Both the position numbers and the translations under genes were made by a program. Shown in pieces: positions 52,001 to 63,385 of a stretch of 64,000 nucleotides of DNA. The stretch comes from Spizellomyces punctatus DAOM BR117. Taxonomy: Eukaryota. How positions within the stretch are numbered: the stretch's first letter is position 1; every line of letters begins with the position of its first letter. The stretch is from NCBI GenBank assembly GCA_000182565.2, contig KQ257471.1, one strand, 5' to 3'. The notes beneath the pieces are model-generated. The model was not told the origin of the DNA, ran no database searches, and saw only the letters and a list, made by a program, of their open reading frames with translations.

Positions 52001-54632
52001 GTGGTGGACATGCTTGGTTCACCCAGTGACAAAAAGGAGCTGCCCCATGTGTTCCTACCCCACATCGTTTCGTTGATCCTATTCTACGTAATGGTGAGTC
52101 CAAGTCTTGTAGTTTTTCTTCGAGCCCAGCGGTAACAACTTTGTGCTTCAACAGGGGCATATTACCAGCTTCATGTCGTTGATCGGGTATTACCTTTTTC
52201 TCGAGTTCATGAATCCGACGTATTTCTCGTCCCGCTATTATGTGTTCCTAGTGGGAATCGCTCTATTTCCTGTCATTCAATTTTTGATGTTCGCTGCTGC
52301 CATTGGGTTAAAATGGCTCGTTATTGGAAAGTTCCGACCGGGAAAGTACAGATTGTACTCGTTTTACTATTGGAGGTGTGCTACTAGTTATTTCGTGGCT
52401 TGCAGAAAACTGTGATATTAACGGATCACTTACCCTCACTTTTTCGGCTCAGATGGTGGATCGTTAGTCGTGTTACCGCAATGGTTCCGGCTGCTTTCAT
52501 GCGTGGTTCACCCCTGCTTCGTATCTATTTGCGTTTGCTTGGTGCTAAAATCGGGCGCAACGTTCACCTGCAGTCAGTTTTCGTATCTTCGTTCGATCTG
52601 ATCACCATCGGCGATAACACTTCAATCGGGTCTGATGCTCACCTATACGGATTTCATGTCATGAACGGTTATCTGCACATTGGACGGGTGACAATTGGTG
52701 AAGGATGCTACGTTGGTGCCCGCTCACATTTGGAACCAAACACGTCGATGGGCGATCGGGCGCAGCTTGGCGAATTATCATGTGTTGGAATGGGACGGCA
52801 TATTCCATCGGGCGAGAGTTGGACTGGGTCTCCTGCTGAGCCTGTGGACCCAGCTTCCATCCTTTGTGCAGATATGGTCATCCCCCTCCGAAAAAGACGC
52901 AGCTGCTTTGGTCGCATGTTTGAGGCCATCGGTGACTTCCTGCACGCCCTCTTTTTCGTTTTCGCATACTTCATCATGGCTATCATGATGTTTGGGGCAT
53001 CTGTACCGAATTTAATTCTTTTGCTATTCACCGGAAATGTGATAAGCTCATGGACTATGCGGATGGCAATCTATATACCAGTCATGGGGTGAGTGACAGT
53101 AACTACGTTTCCCGCTGTCCAGCTGTAGTAACGATGTTGAATATCCTCTTTAGTCCAATCTATTGCGTTTGCATTGCCTTTCAGCTGGTGATTCTTAAGT
53201 GGCTTATCGGTGGCCGTATTCAACCTGGAGTCTATAGCACACGATCCTTCGCTTACTTCCGTATATGGTTCGTTGACAAAATGGTCCAGACCTCGCTCAG
53301 CGCACTGGGTGGAATGTACGCGACTCTGTATCTTCCACCGTGGCTCTCAGCAATGGGTATGAAAGTGGGGAAGACTGTAGAAGTGTCTACTGCGGCGAAC
53401 TGGACTCCGGATCTCTGTACGTTGGGTGACAGGTCGTTCCTCGCCGACAACGTCTGCCTCGGCGCGCCTGTGTTTCATGGTGGAATGGTGAAAGTTAGCC
53501 ACACGGAGATTAGGGAGAGGTCTTTTGTTGGAAACAGCGGGCTCATGCCATCCGGTAGCACCATTGGCAAGAACTGCTTGATCGGCGTCAATTCAGTGCC
53601 TCCTGCCAGTCTCGCAGAATGCCAAAGCTCTCAAACGGTCTCCGAAAAGAACAAAGAACATGGTTTCGTTGTGAATGTGGAAGAAGTTATACCACCTGGT
53701 TCCCGTTACGATGTTCCCGACGGTACATCTTGGCTTGGCTCACCAGCAATGAACCTCCCCGCTCGCGCTTGTGCAGTGAAAAAATTCAAAGAATCGAAGA
53801 CCTTCCAGCCGTCTCGCAAGCGTTATTTGCAACGGTATTTGATCGAGTTCTTCAGGGTGACTGGTCCTGCCATGATTGAAGGAGGAACTTTGGTTGGCGC
53901 GTTCATACTGGCCATGTGGCTGGACCTGAGGTGGTGGCATCTTTGGCTCTACTGGCCGCTCTTGCATATCGGTCGTGGAATTTGCTTTTGTGCCTGTGTA
54001 TGGCTCGCCAAGTGGATATTGATCGGCCGCTATATTGCTCAGGAACAGCCCTTGTGGTCCGTTTATGTTTGGAAGGCCGAGGTAAGAAAGTCGCAAGGTG
54101 CCTGGCTTATGCTGTTTACCGTTATCTAATCTCTTGTTTACTTATCCAGCTTGTCAGCGGTTGGGAAGAATTCGGCTGCAATCCAGCTTTCGTCTCTGGT
54201 CTTCAGGGAACTCCGTGGATAAATCATTGGTTTCGCTCTCTAGGTGCCAAAATTGGTCGGCGCTGCTACATTAACACGGTAAGTGCACACCAGCAGTTAC
54301 TCGGTCAGCTGCGCTTTTCTCATTATCATCGATTACTTTTGCTCCTCCAGGTGTGGTTCTGCGAACCTGATTTGATTAGTATCGGCGATAACGTGTGCCT
54401 AAACACGGATGTTGTCCTGCAAACGCATCTGTTTGAGGACCGAATTATGAAGATGTCACATTTGCGTATCGAGGACCATGTGTCAATTGGCGGCGCTTCA
54501 GTGATTCTCTACGACTCAGTCATTGAAGAAGGGTGTCATGTTGATTCGCTTTCGTTGGCCATGAAAGGCGAAGTACTCAGTTCTTGGACGCATTGGCGAG
54601 GGACGCCAGCCCAACCTGTTTTCCAGGGATGA
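49011..54632 (+). CDS. Pls-type (epsilon-poly-L-lysine synthetase-like) NRPS: degenerate C-like domain, A, T, then three TM/left-handed beta-helix modules; ~10 introns
   Basis: A-domain motifs LKSGAAYVPID, YTSGSTGKPK|G, FDAS, NTYGPTE, GEIHVGG, YKTGDL, QVKLRG|HRIELGEIE, LPSGKVDR; T domain DFFALGGHS; three KW...LG(A/M)K(I/V)G repeats ending LQTHLFEDRIMK. Confidence 0.9.
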
Positions 54633-54942
54633 TGCGGATTTCTGCATAATGCGACGCTGTATTTGCTTTGTATTACTCTAATAGACACGCTTCACAAGAT
54701 CAATTACACTAAGTGGCTTATGTGAGAACTAAGTATTTAGAGTTCGAGATGCGAGTTGCAAAGCACGAGAATAACAACTTGAGATGCATCTATTCATACA
54801 TCGAACATTTAATTCACAAAATACTCAGAAATCGTAGATGCCATAGTGTACCGGATTCAAAAGTAGTCCTTCGCGGTTTTCGGCATGACTGCAGAGAGGA
54901 GGGAAGTTACCTAACAAGTATCCGGGTTCATTCTTGCACAGG

Positions 54943-55157
54943 TGCAAGGTAGACCTGTTCTTTGGTCTTCGCACGCAGTTGCGGACTTTGATTTTTGCGA
55001 CGCGTCTCGCGTGCCATATGACCATATATAGTTATAGTGATCATGTATCCATGTATAGCTAAAGTATGGCGCAGCGCGTAGCAGTTAGCTTAGGAAAACC
55101 CCGCCGCGCCGACAACCTGTCAAAGTCTGTCGGTTCCACGGCGGCCCCGTAGTTAGA
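54943..55157 (+). mobile_element. Partial LTR copy, inverted relative to the LTR at 55913-56450
   Basis: TGCAAGGTAGACCTG...CCCCGTAGTTAGA aligns with the reverse complement of 56239-56450 over ~215 bp. Confidence 0.8.
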
Positions 55158-55912
55158 TGTTTATTCTTTGCCTCATTGCATGGCACTGTCACAAGACGGA
55201 TTTCCCTCCCATTTGTTTGTTGGGGTACGGTTGTCTGTATCACTTGAGAATTATGGTACGGGGTCTTTTTTGTGCGGTTAACACCAATACTGTGTCACTA
55301 TGCACATATATGTTCAAGTGGGACTTCTATTGGCCAATTCTCACTTACAACAGCTGCTCTGTGATCTCTATGGCTAGAATTGATGTTTGATGGTTGAAAA
55401 TGGGTCTTTGTGATCAAAGGACTTTTTTTTATGGTTGAAAGCATACTTTCTATGGTTGCATTGTTCTAAAATGCACTTTTGATGGTCTGAAAATGAGTTG
55501 GTACAATCAGTTTGTGTTAAAAACATCATTTCAATGGTTTGTGAGTGTAAATATCTTGTTTTCTAATTATCGCTCAGTGTTTCAGTATCTCCAGCATGGA
55601 ATGGTTCTTCGTGACTGACTAGAGAAATTAAAACACAAGCAACACCAGTAAAGGTATGTAGAAAAACTAAAATATATATATATTTGCTACAAGAAAAGGG
55701 GAATCCAGTGCAAACATGCCTCTTATATACTGCTAAAACTATGTACTCTAGAAGAAAAATTGTAAAGTAGGGAGATGAACCATAGGTTTGAAATATAATG
55801 GATTAAGATTGCTCTATTAATTTCCCATCACTGGAATGCTTTATATACCATGCATTTACATAAGCTTTAAATACAATATCCATGTGTCGCACATATGGCA
55901 CTAGCACTTTCT

Positions 55913-56450
55913 TGTAACGTCAATCGACCAGATTGCTCTAGTTGATGTGTTTCTTGTGAATCATTGAGCCCTGTGAGAGGGCTGTATAAAGACTTTGTTG
56001 TTAATACAAGATAAAGGGAACTATTGATAGTTCCTCACATTGCTAACTAGGCTAGTTGTTCTTCTAGTTTTTCCTTGCTTGCTGCCTCCCCTTCTGAGGG
56101 GCTTTGGGGCAGCACTTTTTTATGCTTGCTCCCTCCTTCGGCGGGGCGTCGGCATGAGATTTCCTGCCCCCGCCGGTGCGGTCCCTCTTGCGCCAATCGG
56201 AAGTGATTGGCACTAGCAATTAAAGGGACAAATAATCTTCTAACTACGGGGCCGCTGCGGAACCGAACAACTTTGACAGGTCGTCGGCGTGGCGGGGCTT
56301 ACATAATCTAACTACTGTTATGCACTGCGCCATACTTTGGCCATACATGGCTACATGATCACTATAGCTATATATGGTGTATGAGAGACGCGTCATGAAA
56401 ATCTAAGTTCGCACTTGCGTGCAAATACCAAAGGACAGGTCTACCTTACA
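55913..56450 (-). repeat. Putative 3' LTR (~540 bp) of the Gypsy element
   Basis: On the minus strand it starts TGTAAG, ends GTTACA, is preceded by a GGGGGG polypurine tract (56451-56456) and contains a TATA-like CATAAAAAAG. Confidence 0.7.
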
Positions 56451-56730
56451 CCCCCCGCAGATTATACCTGCAGCAGTAGCGAAGGCTTTAATCTCTTCTT
56501 GACCTTTCTTTTGGTCTGGAAACAAGAGTTCTATCTACTTCTATGTAGTGAGGTCCTTGGGTTTTCCTCATCCCCTGGGTGTCTCCTCGGTTTGCCCAGA
56601 CCGGTTGAGCTCTGTGGCTCGGCCAGTGGGGCTGTCCCCGGGACTACTGGGCTTTCCCAGCATGACCCATGTGATTGCATCCAATGCAACACTTTACATA
56701 CGTATGATTTTCATCATGATGAGGTAATTG

Positions 56731-56922
56731 TTTGGGGGCTGACCCCTGGAGCAGCTTCACCCGGTGCCCACGGGGACCGTTTGCTGAGTCGTCGCTCCAT
56801 TTCTGGCCCTTTTTATACTTTATACAATTTGGGGGCTGACCCCTGGAGCAGCTTCACCCAGTGCCCACGGGGACCATTTGCTGAGTCATCACTCATTCTG
56901 GTCATGTATATACTTTATACAA
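56731..56922. repeat. ~97-bp tandem duplication in the Gypsy 3' non-coding region
   Basis: TTTGGGGGCTGACCCCTGGAGCAGCTTCACCC...TATACTTTATACAA occurs twice (56731 and 56828). Confidence 0.85.
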
Positions 56923-57561
56923 AAGTGCGCTTATCGCTATCTTAGTGCTAGACAAGCCTTTTTACTTTTGTTGCGTCATCTATGTACTAAAGCCCTACTG
57001 AATATACACGCGTACTTGGAAGCTTCTTTTACGTACAAAGAACCAGTTGCTTTGTCCTTTTAAATGGGAGCGTATTTCGCTTTCCCCTCTATCATTCTTA
57101 CTACCCACTGTCGATAATGTCTTTTCCCCATATGGACATCACAATACGCCTTGGTCCACACTTGAGACCGACTGCACATGTAAGCCCTGCATGATTTACG
57201 CAGGCACCTCGCTTATCACATCGTGGGAATGGTTATGGAGGTGGTGACCCAGTGGGTCATTGCGTCCATGGTCCCATGCATAGCATTTTGTGTGCTCGGG
57301 TAGGTCATTGTTCATTGTCGGTTTCTTTTGTCTTTCATGTTGTTAATCGGAGTGGACTGGATTTAGATTTTCGACCAGTCAGGGGCTTGAGAGTATTTTC
57401 AAGCCCAGTCATTCTCAACAAACCCCCGAAGAACATATCGCTTTTGTTCCGTTTTGGGCTGTTGGGACCTTGCACTTGGGGTTTGTGGTCGATGTGGGTC
57501 TGTTGGGTATGCTTGTATACTTGTAATAGACATCATCCTCGTAAATATATGTTTCATGTCC

Positions 57562-60500
57562 TTAATGCTCCATTCTCCAAATTTTGTAAGCGTCTGTCTG
57601 TCGAATGTGGTGGAGAGGTTCCCAAGTGTTCTCACTATGCGGGTATCCTTTCCATTTGATGAGGAATTGTGGTTTACCAAGTCATCAGCGTTGGTCAATA
57701 ATCTCCTCGACTTCATATTCGGGAATCCCTGCGATATGAACAGGAGGTGGCAGTACTACTATGTTCCTATAGTGGTGAGACGCTGGGTCTTCGTATTTCT
57801 TTAGGACACTAACATGGAAGATAGGATATAAGGCAGATAAGTGAGTATCCTGTAACTTGAGCTCATAGGTGTCCGGATAAGGTCCCATTGCTTTGATTGT
57901 GTAGGGGCCGATCCAGCTAGTGGCTAGCTTTGCTGGTTTCTGCAGACTAATGTCTACCTCAATCCCTTTGCAATTGAGTAGGACCTGGTCTCCTATGGCG
58001 AAGGTAATAGCTGTGTGTCCTTTGTCATAGTGTTCAGCATATTTATCCTGTAGTTCCTTCATGCGGTGTTGAACGATTACGGCTATTTTGTCCATCGCTT
58101 TTTTGATGTCCTTAATCTCATTTCGGTCGATAGGTTTCATCATTTGAAGTTCTGTGGAAGTAATGACTCCATCCGCTTGTGAGGGCATTCGCCCGATATC
58201 TGCCTCAAATGGTGTCAGTCCATGTTGGTTCGGGGTGTTGTTCAATGTGAACTTGAGGAGAGGAAGATACTGTGGCCAATTATCTGCCACATGGTTGAGG
58301 TACGGCCGATATATGGACTTTACTGTCCGTATCATCCGTTCGCATTTGCCGTCAGTTTGTTGGTGTCGGGCACTAGCAAATTGGTGTTTCGTACCAAGGA
58401 CTCTACAGAAGGCCTCAAAGAAATCGGAAAGGGCTTTCGGGTTGTGGTCAGTAATAAAGATCCTGGATGCTCCTACATTCTTGTAGACTTGGGACAAATA
58501 TGTCTGCGCAAGATCGTGAGCATTGGAAGCTTGGAGTGTTGGTACGAGGATGGTCCGGTTAGTCAAGTAATTGACGAAACAAAGAATGGCATCGGGTCAG
58601 AATCCATGGGTGCTATTGCCTGGAGGCATATAAGTCATATCAAACCCGATCATATGCCATCGACTATTAGGGATTGGTAATGGTCATAAAAACCCATGCT
58701 TCCGTAAAGGGTTCTTGTATTGTTGGCATTCAGGACAAGTCCGAATATATGCGTAGATGTCACGTTCGAGGTGAGGCCAGTAGAATCTTCGTAGAATTTT
58801 AGCTAATGTGCGTCATTGACCTTCATGCGAGCCATCTATTAGGCTGTCATGATATTGCTGTAAGATTCTAGTATGCTGCATTTCTGGTATGTATAGCCGG
58901 TCCTTCTCATAAGTTAGGAGGTCATTTTGTATTGCGTAGTGTCGTAGCCTTGATCCTAAGGCATGGGCTGGTGTTGTCTTCAACGTTTCGATTATTGTAA
59001 GGGCATAATTGTCTTGGCTCAGTGCCTGAGTCCATTCTTCGCGATTAAATGGCATTAGTGTCGTCTTGGTGTTGGCGACTAATATGGCTTGCAACTGGAT
59101 TCGTTGTTGACACTCTGCACATCGGGGTGCATAGTGTGGGTTCTGCGAAAGAATGTCCGCAACATGGTTAACTTGTCCGGGCATGTATTCGATCGTCATG
59201 TCGAATTGTTGTAATGTTTCAACCCATCCTGCTTGTCGTCAGGAAAGGTGCGGCTGCATTTGAAGGTAGATCAGACTTTTATGGTCAGTGAAGGCATGGA
59301 AGAAGATACCAATCAGATATGGGCGATTATGTTTCAAAAACTTGACTAGGGCTAAAAGTTCCTGTTCGTGAACTGGATACCACGTCTCGGTGGGTTTCAT
59401 CTTACAGGAGTAAAATGAGACTGGTCATAGACGGGGTAGCGCTTTAAGTTCCCAGATGGTTTTCGGCAGCGGAGATGGTATCTCATCTTCCAGGTCTGTG
59501 GTTTGGGCTAGCCATCCGCTGATCGCGAATCCTGATGAATCAGTGAAGATGAAAGTGTCTTTGGTCAGGTCGAAGGTCACCAGGATGGGTGCAGTGGTAA
59601 TAGCATTTTTGATCTTTTCGAATGCTGTTTTTTCTTCTTCTTTCCATTGCCATGTTTTCTTTCCAGATTGTAGTTGCAAGAGGGGCATCACGATTTCTGC
59701 ATATCAGTTGACAAAGTCAATGAAGTAATTAGTTAATCCTAAGAATCGTTGGACATCATGATGATTTCACAACTCTGGCCAGTCTTGGACAGCTAGAATC
59801 TTGCTGGGAGCGATCCATATTCCGTTTCATCCAATAATATGTCCGCAGAACTCGACCTCAGGTTGTCCCCACATGCACTTGGCTGGGTTCACATAGAGTT
59901 TGTGTTCAGTCAAGACTCGAAGCACAATATCTACATGCTTCTGATGTTCCTCCATTGTCCTGGAGAATACCAGGATGTCGTCGAGGTAGGCGAGGACTAG
60001 GTCGTCATAATGCGGGCCGAGGATCTTGTTGATGAGGTGCTGAAATGCAGCTGGAGTGTTAGTTAATCCGAAAGGCATTACCAGATACTCAAAGTGTCCG
60101 AATTGTGTACGAATGGTGGTCTTTTCCACATCGCGTGGGTTTATTCTAATGCAATGGTAAGCATCTTTGATGTCGATACTCATGAAGAACTTTGCACCAG
60201 CTACACAATCTCGCATCTCTTGTAGATTTGGTAGCAGGGTCCGGTCCTTTTTGGTTACGGCGTTTAGTCCTCGATAGTCTAGACATACTCGTAATCCCCC
60301 ATCCTTCTTCTTGGCGAACACTATCTGGGCTCCCCAGGGGCTAGTGGAGTGTCATATTCATCCTTTTGCTAGGAGGTCATCGAGCTGTCAACGAAGCTCT
60401 TCTAACTCATTGGTACTCATATGCTGTAAGGGGTATGCGAGTGGTTTAGCTCCAGGAAGGAGTTCAATGCTAAAATTGTCTTCCCCTCTGTCTGGGGGGA

Positions 60501-61386
60501 ACTTGCCATTCTCGGTAAAAAGCATGTTGTTGTATTTATCGAGTGTAACCTTAAGGAAGCCTGTGCATCCATTATTGGCTGTGTCGAACTCTCCTTTTCT
60601 TTTCTTGCCTTTTGTGTAGAGCCTTGCTACATGGAAACTCATGTAGCGATCATCGGCTTCCTCTGGTTGGATCCTCCATGCTGTCAGGTATCTGTTACAT
60701 TTGATATCTTTGTCGAATTGCTTGGAGGAGCATTCATCCCATGTCGTCTTGGGTTGAATAAACTGTGAGGGAGGTTTGCCGAATCCTCTCAGATGGGCGG
60801 CATGATATGAGGCGGTGGCTTCCCATGCTCTGCTGGTCCATTGCGCTTCGATGTTATGGCTCACATTGTTAAAGTTAAACCAAAGAGTTGGTCGTTGTGC
60901 TGTCCAATCAATGGAGACCTGCTTAAGGAGTTTTAATAGAGGTAACCCTATCACTGCATCAATGCCAATATTTGCTACAACAAAAGGGATCTTTCCGAGG
61001 TTTATGAATCCTTGAGGTTGCGAATTGGACAAGACTAGTGAAGAGGTTATCATCAAGTTTGATAGGCTCTGAGATCCTTCTTCGCCCCATTTTATCCGAA
61101 TGGGTTGCTCTGGAGCATACTGTTCGAAATGATGTCAGTTTGCAAACTTCTTGTTGATGAGGTAGCTTGTACATCCAGTGTCAAATAATATTCTAGCAAA
61201 CTTGTCGCTGACACGTCCATGGATAATGAAGGGCTCCTCAATCTCAGGATTTTTGATCTTGGTGTCGTCGCAACATAACGGTTCTTCCTTCTGGTCCTGA
61301 TCTGGTAGTCGTGGTACAATGACCTCGTGCATGTGTACTATGGCTGCTGAAGGGATCAGGGCAGTCAGCGGCTTTGCTAAAAATCC
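57562..61386 (-). pseudogene. Gypsy pol (protease, RT, RNase H, integrase, chromodomain) with many in-frame TGA stops
   Basis: LFDTG; KKKDGGLRVCLDYRGLN; YLVMPFGLTN; YLDDILVFS; FTDSSG; QTDGKCERMIR; WIGPY; EYEVEEII..FLIKWKGYPHSENTWEP. Confidence 0.93.
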
Positions 61387-61860
61387 TCCGTTTGTTCATC
61401 CTCAAAGATTTCTTCAATCAAGGATGGTTCCCCTTGTTTTGCCCAGGTGGGCTCGTCGGCCTCCATGGTTTGGTACTCAATTGGAGGGTGTTCAGTTGTC
61501 ATTGATTGAACCTGGGATTGCGACATTCTGACTCCACGTCCCCTTCCTGGTCCTGTACCTCTGGTAGAGGGTTGTCCGGGTCCACGAGGAGTTCCTCGAC
61601 CTTGTGGCAACTGCGTGGGGTATGGGGCAGCTTGTACTGGAGCGGATGGACATTGACAAGCATAATGCCCTCTTCCTCCGCAGTTATTGCAAACAATGCC
61701 AGAGCTTGTTCTCATTACTGGCTGAGTGGCACCTTGGGTTACCGTGGATGTCATGTGACCGCGAAAGGATCCTCATCCACGAGTGGACGGGTGACTTGGC
61801 GTTGTTGAGGATGGTGCGGGCACACCGATTCGATCGATGAGTCCCCGATCATTATATGCC
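61377..61860 (-). pseudogene. Gypsy gag C-terminal fragment with CCHC zinc knuckle
   Basis: CNNCGGRGHYACQC; RG-rich linker. Confidence 0.8.
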
Positions 61861-62283
61861 ATGTGAAGGCTCTGCTGCAGGGGGACCAATACATCTTCTT
61901 CATCATTCATTAGTGACAGCATTACTACAAAGTGAGGCACTTGGGGACAATTTCATCAAAAATATTCCCAGGGAAAAAGTGCCACAGGATAAAACCAATG
62001 GTAAAAATTGGAAGCTTATGGAAAGTAAAAAATTATGTAGAGACATGTAGGGATGAGAAATGTCCCCATTTTCCTAGCAAGATTGCAAAAAGAATAGAAA
62101 TATCCACATGTTTAAATGGCAACATTGGTTTCCTTGTTTACACAAAAATCCACAGAAGATGTAGGCAACTCAGGCGTCAGAACTCATCCCATCTCAACAT
62201 TACCTTTGAGGCATACCAGCCGGGATTGGCCACTCCGCGCCCGGCATGCCTGCCGGCATCCTCATGTCCGTTCTTCAAATGGA

Positions 62284-63384
62284 CTACATCTGCGCCGGCA
62301 TCTTCTGCCGCAGAATTTCTATGTGCAAAAATGTACCCTTCGGACGAACTTTTAACTTTTTCTGTTGCAATCTTGTTTTAGTAGGTCGTGTTTGTACAGG
62401 CTCCAACTGATGAATTTCTTTGTGAACTTCTTTTTGTGTTCTGGTCAATTTTACTGGTAGATGACCTGGTTTCTCGGTAATCGGTGCATTGGTTTTCTGT
62501 AATTCATAGTATTTGAAACGCTGGTCTATTTCTTTACCATTGGCGTATGCTACTACGAATCGATAGCCATCGACATTGACTATATGGTATACTTCATCAG
62601 ACCATTTTGCCTCGTATCCTTTTTTGAAAATATCCTGTTTGAGTAATATTCTTACATGGTCGCCAATGTCAAACTTCTTGAAATCACTTACAGCCTTGCT
62701 ATTATCGCGTAGATAATCACCATTAGCAACATCGACAGGTGCCTTTTTCAATAGACTGTGATATGAAGTATTGTAGTTCATAACAAGGTCAGGAAGAGCA
62801 TCTATGTAGCGCTTAGTTTTAAATACGGTCATGTATCTGGAGATAACACTTTTCAGTGTGCGATTAAACCTTTCGACCAGACCCATATGGTTATGGTCTG
62901 CAACTTCAGCCATGTAATGGTTTATACCATACTTATTGAGCAATTGCTCAAAAACAATGTTGTTGTACTCTGAACCCCTATCAGTCGTGATATTTTTAGG
63001 ACGCCGCCTAGCGAGTAACTTTGTAAAACAATCAGCAATCTTTTCTCTGGTTTTATTCTTGAGAGGAAAAACAAAGGCATAACGAGAGTACACGTCTACA
63101 ATACATAACAGATAACGGTAACCATTGTTGTAGGTAGCATATTTCTGCATGTTGCACAAATCCGATTGCCATATGTGATCAACACCATTGGCTGTTATAT
63201 GCATGTAGTTAGGCTTGACAAGAGGTTTGTGTACTTGTTGCACATGCTGACTGTCGATGAATGTCTTTATATCCTTTCTGGAAATACCCTGATCCTTGAG
63301 TCTCTGGTAGAGCTTTTCTATGCTCTGAAGTCCAGTCTTGGGATCATAGTAAACTTTCTTGATTAGTTCGGTTTTTGTCCCCAT
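62284..63384 (-). CDS. Polinton/Maverick rve-type (DDE) integrase
   Basis: YYDPK..EKLY, WQSDL, GYRYLLCIVDVYSRYA, TDRGSEY, VERFNRTLK, RYIDALPDLVMNYNTSYH, FDIGDHVRI..FKKGY..KWS, YYELQK. Confidence 0.92.
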   Translation of the reverse strand: MGTKTELIKKVYYDPKTGLQSIEKLYQRLKDQGISRKDIKTFIDSQHVQQVHKPLVKPNYMHITANGVDHIWQSDLCNMQKYATYNNGYRYLLCIVDVYSRYAFVFPLKNKTREKIADCFTKLLARRRPKNITTDRGSEYNNIVFEQLLNKYGINHYMAEVADHNHMGLVERFNRTLKSVISRYMTVFKTKRYIDALPDLVMNYNTSYHSLLKKAPVDVANGDYLRDNSKAVSDFKKFDIGDHVRILLKQDIFKKGYEAKWSDEVYHIVNVDGYRFVVAYANGKEIDQRFKYYELQKTNAPITEKPGHLPVKLTRTQKEVHKEIHQLEPVQTRPTKTRLQQKKLKVRPKGTFLHIEILRQKMPAQM

Positions 63385-63385
63385 T

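Larger units (their letters stand above)
55913..61860 (-). mobile_element. Ty3/Gypsy chromovirus-type LTR retrotransposon, decayed, 5'-truncated or interrupted
   Basis: Order gag zinc knuckle, PR, RT, RNase H, IN, chromodomain, then PPT and LTR; no 5' LTR or capsid region visible. Confidence 0.92.

Noticed and set aside
54943-56450. MULE-like DNA transposon with 215-bp TIRs
   Set aside because: No TSD is present, and the right arm continues as a complete TG..CA LTR preceded by a PPT. Two inverted LTR copies explain it better.
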